DNA from: Candidatus Zambryskiibacteriota bacterium
GTDB taxonomy: Bacteria > Patescibacteriota > Minisyncoccia > Phycocordibacterales > WO2-35-19
NCBI GenBank assembly: GCA_963840745.1
Contig: CAWJAC010000006.1
Coordinates: 33,947 to 97,946 of the forward strand
Reading direction: 5' to 3'
DNA length: 64,000 nt
The first letter of the stretch is position 1. Each line of letters opens with the position of its first letter. Positions 9,677 to 16,762 of the stretch are shown piece by piece. The notes under the pieces are model-generated. The model did not search any database. It was not told where the DNA came from and worked only from the letters and a program-made list of their open reading frames with translations. Position numbers and translations under genes: made by a program.

Positions 9677-10737
9677 ATGAATTTTTGGCAAAAAATGAAG
9701 AAACCCATTTTGTGTTTGGCGCCCATGGCCGATGTCACTGACGTGGCTTTTAGATTTATTATTGCTAAGTATTCGAAAGAATTGCAGAAGGTGCCCTTCT
9801 GCAATTATGTAACTTACACAGAATTTGTTTCGGCTGATGGGCTGGTGAGAGCGCCGGAGGCAGGTCGCAAGAAACTTTTGAAAGATTTGGAATATTCTGA
9901 AATTGAAAGACCTATTGTAGCTCAGTTTTTTACAAGCAAACCTGAAATGATGGAAAAGGCGGCGGCCTTGGCGGTTGAGCTTGGTTTTGACGGCATTGAT
10001 ATAAATATGGGCTGCCCAGATAAAAGTATTGAAAAGCAAAATGCCGGCGCGGCCTTAATGAAGAACTCTGAATTGGCTAGAGAAATAATTTTGGCGGCAA
10101 AACAGGGCGCCGGTAAATTACCGGTGTCGGTCAAGACTAGGGTTGGCTATAACAAAGATGAATTAGAAACATGGTTGCCAGAATTACTTGCTGAAAATCC
10201 GGCGGCGATAATTATTCATGCCCGCACTCGCAAAGAGATGTCTAAAGTGCCGGCTCAGTGGGCGCGCATAGCGCGGGCAGTTGAAATTCGTAATGATATA
10301 CAGAATTCAGAAAAATCAGAAAACATTGTTCCTGCGTCGGGTCTAAGGATAAGGCTCTTGAAACAATATTTTCTGATTTTTCTTTTCGAACTTTAATAAT
10401 AGGAAACGGTGATGTTGAAAATGTTGAAGATGCGATTAAAAAATGCGAAGAGAGCGGAGCCGATGGGGCAATGCTTGGTAGAGCAGTTTTTGGCAACCCG
10501 TGGTTATTTGCGGATTATCAGCCTACACTCGAAGAAAGGATTAAAGTTCTGTTGGAACATACCAAAACTTTTGAAGAAAAATTCAGCGGAGTAAAAAGTT
10601 TTGCTATTATGAAAAAGCATTTCAAAGAGTATTTGAAAGATTCTAACCTGAGAGACTTGAGATTTAAGCTCATGAAAGCCGAAAATTCTAAAGAAGTTGA
10701 GGAAATAATTTCAAATTTTGGGTTTCCAACTGAGTAG
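9677..10737 (+). CDS. dus: tRNA-dihydrouridine synthase, reading frame broken by an 80-nt hairpin insert
   Basis: ILCLAPMADVTD, GIDINMGCP, VKTRVG in ORF 9677-10396. IIGNGDVENVEDA...GADGAMLGRAVFGNPWLF is in a different frame (open from 10285). Removing 10310-10389 joins them in frame. Confidence 0.85.
10310..10382. other. Hairpin element copy 1: 21-bp stem (10310-10330 / 10362-10382) with a 31-nt conserved loop
   Basis: Arms gaaaaatcagaaaacattgtt / aacaatattttctgatttttc are complementary except one C/A, which is a G-U on the minus strand. The loop contains ctgcgtcgggtctaaggataaggctcttga. Confidence 0.75.
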
Positions 10738-11262
10738 CTTTCTTGTTTTTCTGTCTACAATGATGCCTATGAGTATCCAAATCAGCCCTACTATATATCC
10801 GGCTAAAACATCTGATAAATAATGCACTCCCAAATATAATCTACTCACTCCTACCATAATAATTAAAATAGATAGAAAAATAATAAAAGGATTTTTCAAA
10901 TGATGTTTGTCTGCACGCCAAATGGCATAAATCAGAAATCCGTATAATGCCATTGCTGCCGTGGCGTGGCCGCTTGGGAAAGATGGATCGGTTTCGAGAT
11001 AAAGCATATCTGCAAAAGGCGGCCTGCCGCGGTTCACGATGATTTTAAGTATGGCAGTTGTCACCGCGGCTCCTCCGACGGAAATAATAAGGGGAAGTAT
11101 TTTTATATAGTGCTTATGGATGTAAAAAGAAATTGCTGAAAGAAAAGTCAGACCGGAGACTATAAGATAACTACCTGAATATGTGATAACGAGCATTACA
11201 AAAGTAAGCCATTCAAATCTGTTATTTACAAAAAAATTTAAAACAGCTTGATCAATGTTCAT
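10711..11262 (-). CDS. PAP2-family phosphatase (undecaprenyl-diphosphatase-like)
   Basis: RGRPP...PSGHATAA...SRLYLGVHYLSDV are the three PAP2 motifs. Multiple TM segments. Confidence 0.8.
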   Translation of the reverse strand: MNIDQAVLNFFVNNRFEWLTFVMLVITYSGSYLIVSGLTFLSAISFYIHKHYIKILPLIISVGGAAVTTAILKIIVNRGRPPFADMLYLETDPSFPSGHATAAMALYGFLIYAIWRADKHHLKNPFIIFLSILIIMVGVSRLYLGVHYLSDVLAGYIVGLIWILIGIIVDRKTRKLLSWKPKI

Positions 11263-11299
11263 AAAAATTATTATATCACTTTTCCTAACCTCTCCCTAT

Positions 11300-11322
11300 C
11301 CCCCTCCTTATATTAAGGGGGG
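11300..11322. repeat. CCCCCTCCTTA-N3-TAAGGGGGG palindrome (family copy c, imperfect)
   Basis: Read directly. Part of a larger imperfect inverted repeat spanning 11285-11405. Confidence 0.7.
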
Positions 11323-11365
11323 TAACTATAACCTGAATTAATTGTTGAGTGTTAAATGTGAGATA

Positions 11366-11390
11366 CCCCTCCCTTAAAGTAAGGGAGGGG
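11366..11390. repeat. CCCCTCCCTTA-N3-TAAGGGAGGGG palindrome (family copy d)
   Basis: Perfect 11-bp arms. Confidence 0.8.
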
Positions 11391-11428
11391 AAAGGGGTGG
11401 GTTAGTAATATGCTAATATAATAAAATT

Positions 11429-12161
11429 ATGGAAGGCATTATGCGCTGCAGCAGGTATTCATTTGGACCCAACCGCCTTCATTATTGCGGACCGGATGCC
11501 AATAGGGAACTGCGGGAACTCATAGAAAAAGACGGAGATAATTTTGGCCTCTCACATATTCTCAAACAATTTAAAACTCTTTTTCCTTACCTGCGTTATA
11601 TTGCTCACATAAATAATATAAAAGATCCTTTTAACAGTAGGGTAGTCGAGGCTTATTGGCTCGGCAATGATCTTTTGGAAAAAGTGGAACAAAGGACTCT
11701 TTTTGATTTTTTGATTGATGATTTGAAAGTTAAAGATAAACTTAGAAGCAAAGAATTCAATTGGCTGGAGGAAAAAATAAAAAATGGAGCAGTGCCTCAC
11801 CATTCATTTCATGTTTTAAATATCTGGCAGCAAGCCGGTCATAACGATTTGCTCGACGATCTAGTGAGGATGGATGAATGCCGGATTTCTTCAGGCATGG
11901 TGACTGAAGTGAAAGGACCTGAAATTAATGTATCAACAGAACCACTGGTTTATACGAATGGTAAATTTGCTTTGGGTGCTCGCCATTTCAAAAACTTTGA
12001 TTCGCCAATTAGAATCTGAGTACGATATCGAGCAAATCAAACCCGGGCAAATCGTATCCATCCACTGGAGCGTGCCGTGTGAAGTCATCACTCTCGCTCA
12101 AGCCTCGACTCTCCGCAAATATACTCTCCAAAACATCGCCTTCGCCAATCTCACTGTTTAA
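11429..12161 (+). CDS. Conserved hypothetical protein (DUF6390-like), one frame change near 11975-11985
   Basis: MRCSRYSFGPNRLHYCGPD...VVEAYWLGNDLL in ORF 11429-12019. It continues as ISKTLIRQLESEYDIEQIKPGQIVSIHWSVPCEVIT in ORF 11928-2161's frame (ORF 11928-12161). Family name given from memory. Confidence 0.5.
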
Positions 12162-12165
12162 AACT

Positions 12166-12210
12166 ACAATCCACAAAATCGCTTGGCAGATGTTTTTGTG
12201 AGTATATACT
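12166..12210 (+). promoter_or_regulatory. Island module copy A (partial): TTGGCA-16-TATACT promoter
   Basis: caatccacaaaatcgcttggcagatgtttttgtgagtatatact aligns with copy C (14009-14063). -35 at 12183-12188, -10 at 12205-12210. Confidence 0.6.
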
Positions 12211-12237
12211 TTATATGTAACTAAGAAAGAGACCCTT

Positions 12238-12702
12238 ATGCAGATACGTCTGCATTGGGGGCTCTTTCATTTTATCTGGAGAAATAATACAATTTATTGC
12301 TTAATGAATGAAGCTGAAATTATTTTATTAAACCGTCATTATCGCCGTGTTCGTTTTTATGTAAAACTTGAAAAGCTTGGATATCATCTGGTACTTAAAC
12401 CAGTCAAAACCTTTGACGACCCTGAGGGCAACCCAGTGCGTAAGGCAAATTGCGATGTTGATATGACACTTATGCTAGCCACAAAGAAAAATGATTTTGA
12501 CCGAGCTATCATTCTTTCGGGGGATGGTGATTTTCTGCCAGTTCTCAAATATTTGAAAGAGAGTGGAAAAGAGGTTTTGGTTTTGGCCAGAGGTCCGAGA
12601 ACCGCGAAGGAAATAAAACAATTTGCTGGGAATAAGTTTATGGACTTTGAATACTTACGGGAAAGGTTGAAACGAACTGACATAAGCGGACAGGAGATAT
12701 AA
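12238..12702 (+). pseudogene. NYN/LabA-like (PIN-like RNase fold) domain protein, N-terminally truncated
   Basis: KANCDVDMTLML...AIILSGDGDFLPVLKYLKESGKEVLVLA matches the NYN core. The N-terminal FIDGxN segment seen in the paralog at 14108-14631 is missing and replaced by module A plus a hairpin. Confidence 0.6.
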
Positions 12703-12807
12703 AAGCGAACGGCACCCATATAGGATGCCGTTCAGGTCTGATATGGAAAGTATATCAAACTGAAAATGAAAGTCAAATGAAGTATTGTGTATAAATGATG
12801 GTTTTCT

Positions 12808-12895
12808 TAACAAAATCATTTTCCACAGCAAAAACACGGCTAGAATAAGGGCTAAAATGACAATCCACAAAAAGACCCAAAATTGCTTTCAATAA
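12808..12895. repeat. Island module copy B (promoter part degenerate)
   Basis: cacagcaaaaacacggctagaataagggctaaaatgacaatccacaaaaag aligns with copies C and D. Confidence 0.7.
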
Positions 12896-12919
12896 AAAAT
12901 GACCGCAGAGAAACAAATC

Positions 12920-13093
12920 TCAGCGGCCGACTCTCCTTAGTGACAAGAGGAAAGCGAGAGTGAAGAACGCACCCATCAGTCCATACAATGGATAATGTGG
13001 TACGTCTCCGTCAATAAAAGCGTTTGATTTTAGCGTAGCCATCACGGCCATTATTGCTAAGACCAGAGACAAGACGGTTATCCTGGTTTTCAT
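12920..13093 (-). CDS. Small membrane protein (57 aa), below the ORF-track cutoff
   Basis: Own translation: MKTRITVLSLVLAIMAVMATLKSNAFIDGDVPHYPLYGLMGAFFTLAFLLSLRRVGR. GAGG lies 8 nt upstream of the ATG. Visibly GC-richer than its surroundings. Confidence 0.5.
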   Translation of the reverse strand: MKTRITVLSLVLAIMAVMATLKSNAFIDGDVPHYPLYGLMGAFFTLAFLLSLRRVGR

Positions 13094-13177
13094 ATGTCTT
13101 AACCTCTAATTTAGATAATAACCAAAATTATGGCTGTTGTACAGAATAAAATTCTTCTGCATTTATTGTCAAAAATT

Positions 13178-13576
13178 TTATATGTTTTCCAATATTACTT
13201 TTTCGTAATTTTTATTTATTCTATGATCTCCTTTGGGCACGATAATCATTTTTACATTTTTTTTGCATAATGGTTTGAATATTTTTTGCAAAAATTTTTC
13301 TTTTTCACCGATTATAAAAATTACTTGTTTAGCTTTGCATTTACCTAATGATTCAAATGGTGTCGGTGAACAAAGAATAAGTTTTTTTAGTTTTCTTTTC
13401 AGAGATATTTCAAGAGAAAAAACAGCTCCGAGAGAAAAACTAACAACCGTATCGCAGTTTTTTGATGATGTCGCTTTTCCCGTATTCCAATCAATATCAG
13501 CCACAATTAAATGCTTGGATAATGATTTATAATTTTCTTTTGTTTCTCCTAATCCTGGATAAAATATTGTTTTCAT
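13178..13576 (-). CDS. Small alpha/beta-hydrolase-like protein
   Basis: Start at MKTIFYPGLGE. Possible nucleophile elbow SFSLG and late GDH. The upstream part of ORF 13178-13672 overlaps the DUF397 gene and looks spurious. Confidence 0.45.
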   Translation of the reverse strand: MKTIFYPGLGETKENYKSLSKHLIVADIDWNTGKATSSKNCDTVVSFSLGAVFSLEISLKRKLKKLILCSPTPFESLGKCKAKQVIFIIGEKEKFLQKIFKPLCKKNVKMIIVPKGDHRINKNYEKVILENI

Positions 13577-13623
13577 AAATAAAAATAAATAGTGATGGGG
13601 AGCTCCGAGAACTCCCCATTGGA

Positions 13624-13824
13624 CTAGACATCGAACTCGCCCGCTTTGACGCCGCTGACGAACGCTTTCCACTCGGCTCGAGTGAAGAACGCCGTGGTTT
13701 TAGTCGGATCGTTGCTGTTGCGGACAGCTACGCCATTTGTCTTCACTGCCACAGCAACGCAGGTTTTGGGATTGTTTTTGGACCAAGACGAAACCCTGAA
13801 GTCCTGGTCTCGTACTTCAAACAT
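13624..13824 (-). CDS. DUF397 domain protein
   Basis: FRVSSWSKNNPKTCVAVAV...VAVRNSNDPTKTTAFFTRAEWKAFVSGVKAGEFD fits the DUF397 pattern typical of actinobacteria. GC-richer by eye. Strong SD (gaggaaaggtgg). Confidence 0.75.
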   Translation of the reverse strand: MFEVRDQDFRVSSWSKNNPKTCVAVAVKTNGVAVRNSNDPTKTTAFFTRAEWKAFVSGVKAGEFDV

Positions 13825-13954
13825 ATTTTTCCACCTTTCCTCAAGGAATGTCTAGCTAGAAACACTCCTATCCAAAGTACAAGTTGCCTTGTCTGATTTA
13901 AATATACGCCTTGGATTATTGTTGTCAATTTTTAAAATCAAAAGGTGAACAAGA

Positions 13955-14063
13955 CGAACAATTTTATTTTCAACAGCAAAAATACGGCTAAGATAATGGA
14001 TAAAATGGTAATCCACAGGAAAACATCAAAAATCGCTTGACAGAATTTTTAGTGCATATATAC
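13955..14063 (+). promoter_or_regulatory. Island module copy C (complete): conserved block plus TTGACA-16-TATACT promoter
   Basis: -35 at 14036-14041, -10 at 14058-14063. The upstream block aacagcaaaaatacggctaagataatggataaaatggtaatccaca is shared with copies B and D. Confidence 0.65.
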
Positions 14064-14107
14064 TATAGGAGTACTATTACGAAAAAGGAACCAAACGGTG
14101 TTAGTGC

Positions 14108-14631
14108 CTAAGGTCCCTTTTTCTTTTTATGCAGATATTCTATTTTTGATTTTATATCAACGGTGTCTAAATAATCAAAAAATCTTACGGTTAGGTGTTT
14201 ATACAAAGAAGAGGCTGATTTTTTATCGGGGAAAAGTATTTTAATAAATAAATTTTTACCCATCAAATAATCAACCAGTTTTCTATAATCTCCATCACCA
14301 GACACCAAAACAATTTTATCAAAATCTTTGTTATCAACAATATTTTTCATCACTTCAAAAACAATATCCGTATCAACATTTCCTTTTTTCTCCGTTATCA
14401 AATTTAAACTATGATATTTAAATATAATAACAAAACCAGCTTGTTGCAGGTTTTTGTATAAATCGTTTTGTGTTTCGGATGTAAACCCTAGAAAATAATA
14501 TGCTTCTCTGACTTTATACTTATCTTTCAAATAAATCCTAAATTTTTTAAAATCCACTTTCCAATTATTTTGAGTTGTTCCAAAGGTAGGTTTTGCCCGT
14601 CTATAAAGGCGAGATTATTTTCTTTTTTCAT
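14108..14631 (-). CDS. NYN/LabA-like domain protein, one frame change near 14575-14590
   Basis: ATG at 14631 gives MKKENNLAFIDGQNL. A frame switch then gives TFGTTQNNWKVDFKKFRIYL...GNVDTDIVFEV...IVLVSGDGDYRKLVDYL. Confidence 0.7.
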
Positions 14632-14761
14632 GATTTAAAGTATATCAAATTGTTGACAAAAATATTTTAAGTAATACCATTAAATACAGACAGAGTTTGT
14701 AAAATCTGTACTTTGGATAGGAGAGCCACTCAGAGCTTTCCTTGAGGAAAGGTGGAAAAGT

Positions 14762-14896
14762 ATGTATATACCATCAGGCGAAATTCGGGAACCCGATGTT
14801 CTCTGTACCGTCTATCGCGCCGGGGACGACGACTCGGTTTCTTCCGATGACTATGGTGAAGACAGCGATGCCGACAGCGGCGAACAGGATTGCTAA
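14762..14896 (+). CDS. Candidate 44-aa acidic peptide
   Basis: MYIPSGEIREPDVLCTVYRAGDDDSVSSDDYGEDSDADSGEQDC. It has the same leader, SD and ATG context as the DUF397 gene. Followed by the hairpin aagacccctc...gaggggtctt. An overlapping minus-strand ORF is an alternative reading. Confidence 0.35.
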   Translation: MYIPSGEIREPDVLCTVYRAGDDDSVSSDDYGEDSDADSGEQDC

Positions 14897-14919
14897 CAGC
14901 ACACCCAAGACCCCTCGCA

Positions 14920-15511
14920 TTTAGAGGGGTCTTAATTTGTCTCTAAAAAATTTTAGTATATTTTCGTAAGGTTCAGAAAGCTTGTAAGCCTTTTTGTAAT
15001 CTTCGCTGTATTTTATATCAGCAACTATTTTAAGCATATCAGGTTCATCTTCAAAAACTTTACGAAGTACGGCGAATACCAATATATGAGAGTTAACCGT
15101 ATCGCTATCTCCTTTTACAAGTAAAAAATCGTTATTTATTTTAAATAAATCTTTATTGGAAGCTAAAAGTCTGTGAGTAAGTTCGTGGGTGAGAAGTGAC
15201 TATAAAATTTTTAGGACCTTTGTGAGAACTAATTATTAATGGATTAGACATATCGCGATTAACTCCAGCAACTGCATAAACATTAATATCTTCCTTAAAG
15301 GACAAGTCCAGAGCAGAACAAATTCCATTTAGAACTTTCTCTTCATATTTAGCCCATATATCTTTATAAGCCTGTATCCTTTTCTCCATTTTTTCTTTAT
15401 CTGGAGGAACCCACCTTTCCATCCAGAACTTTTTACGTCAGGACTATTTTTTACATAAAAGTTAAAAAATGGTTCTAAAAGTTTGCCGTGTTGTATTATA
15501 ATCTTTACCAT
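14920..15511 (-). pseudogene. HExxH (HELTH) metallopeptidase-like gene with two frame changes
   Basis: MVKIIIQHGKLLEPFF... then FWMERWVPPDKEKMEKRIQ... then LTHELTHRLLASNKDL...KFFRDKLRPL, read in three frames. Confidence 0.5.
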
Positions 15512-15574
15512 CTTTATATTATAACAGAAATTTTTATATTTTAAAAATAGGGAACACGTTTTGAATAAAAAACA

Positions 15575-15650
15575 GAACAAAATTATTTTGATAGTCTAAA
15601 ATACGGCTAAGATAATGGATAAAATGGCAATCCACAAAAAGGGTTCAAAA
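15575..15650. repeat. Island module copy D, left part (separated from its promoter part by the IS)
   Basis: ctaaaatacggctaagataatggataaaatggcaatccacaaaaag. The promoter part resumes at 16673 (cttgacag...). Confidence 0.7.
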
Positions 15651-16672
15651 TGTTTTAGGCACACACATATGGCGGATTGATTAACTGATAATTTCTTAGG
15701 AATTCGTTGGGCGTTTTGCCGTTTAATCCGCAATGTTCTAGATCATTGTAATACATCATTCCACACTTTCATTTAATTTGCAAATCTGTTGAAGTTTTTG
15801 AATTTGTATTTTTCGTAGAATTTTTCTTGATCTTCCCTATGACTTCTCTCCACAGTTCCGTTTTGAGCCGGTTTTCCCGGATCAATCAGATAATGGAGAA
15901 TATTGTGTTTGGCAGAAAATTCATCAAGGGAATGGAGGTTTCTTGAAGAAAGATCGGATCGTCTGTATGACCGAAATATTAGTTTGTGAAAATCTGACCA
16001 TTGTCTGTTTTAATGGCTTGGATTTTGTATTTGAATATTCTCCATCACATTTTCAGAAAAACAACCGAATGAAAATTTGATTTCTTCGTCGAATATACTG
16101 CCAGATGTCTCCAGCGAGAAGCGGTATCAATAGCGGTATATTGGTAATATCTTTTGTTTTCAACACGTCCTGGAACGTATTTAACATCAATTTCGACTAA
16201 TTCTCCCGGCTTGTCTCTAGTGCTTTGATGTATTTGTATGAAATCTTTCTTGACTCGGTATTTGTGTACCAAATTTTCTTTTTCAAAATCTTGCCGATAG
16301 TTCGTAGGTGAATTTAAAGTTCCTTCTTTTTTTAATTGCCAGTGTATTTTGAGAGCACACTTTTTGGTTTTCTTTCTGATCAAATGACTCTTTCCTTGAT
16401 CCATATCGGAGTCTCTCTGGTCTGAGTCTTGGGTTCAGTTGATTTGGGTTCCAAGTGACCAATCTCCATGCTTCTTGCACTTAGCCAGCCATCTCTCGAG
16501 ACTGCGTTTGCTGTGTGGACAGACCTTTACCACATCCACTAATCTTAACTGTCTGTATGCGATGGGGAGCACCCATCTCAATCTCTCTTCTTTGATTGTT
16601 TTTGCCATATGTATTGCCATTGCCCCATTCTAGGGGAAAACCGCCAAAAGAGTGTACACATTACCTAAAACA
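15651..16672 (-). mobile_element. IS481-like insertion sequence, decayed
   Basis: Terminal inverted repeats TGTTTTAGG at 15651-15659 and its reverse complement at 16664-16672. HTH fragment in ORF 16435-16620. rve core DVKYVPG...YYQYTAIDTASRW in ORF 16045-16404. Further fragments down to about 15660 carry stops and frame changes. Confidence 0.75.
15660..16620 (-). pseudogene. IS481-family DDE transposase, multiple frameshifts and stops
   Basis: As above. The C-terminal part (KTDNGQ..., YNDLEHCGLNGKTP) is readable only across broken frames. Confidence 0.7.
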
Positions 16673-16673
16673 C

Positions 16674-16701
16674 TTGACAGTATTTGTGGGTTTGATATAT
16701 T
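16674..16701 (+). promoter_or_regulatory. TTGACA-16-TATATT promoter (right part of module D) for the downstream secreted-protein gene
   Basis: cttgacagtatttgtgggtttgatatatt aligns with the module C promoter. AAGGAG SD lies 5 nt before the ATG at 16763. Confidence 0.6.
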
Positions 16702-16762
16702 TGTGGACGGAGAGAAATAAACGGATCTTTGAATTTTGAATTTTTGGTTTCAAGGAGCAGTT

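Noticed and set aside
8620-10039. Long antisense ORFs within the Clp ATPase and dus genes (8620-9294 minus, 9329-10039 minus).
   Set aside because: They are fully overlapped by strongly motif-supported sense genes. Their products are low-complexity with no recognisable motifs.
12808-12870. Minus-strand hydrophobic mini-ORF encoded by the conserved module block (WIVILALILAVFLLW and variants) as a type I toxin gene.
   Set aside because: There is no ATG and no SD in any copy (TTG or CTG at best). One copy has an early stop. Conservation can equally be at the DNA or RNA level. Kept as a note inside the module finding only.
14772-14921. 49-aa hydrophobic ORF on the minus strand (MRGVLGVLLAILFAAVGIAVF...) overlapping the acidic mini-ORF.
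   Set aside because: Its start lies inside the terminator hairpin and has no SD. The plus-strand ORF inherits the conserved leader, SD and ATG shared with the DUF397 gene. Neither ORF is proven, and the minus ORF remains a possible alternative.
12166-15650. Repeated modules as a CRISPR array or as integron attC sites.
   Set aside because: The copies are kilobases apart and about 90-150 nt long, and they contain a promoter. They are not short regularly spaced repeats. They are not imperfect palindromes with RYYYAAC/GTTRRRY ends. No cas or intI gene is present in the window.
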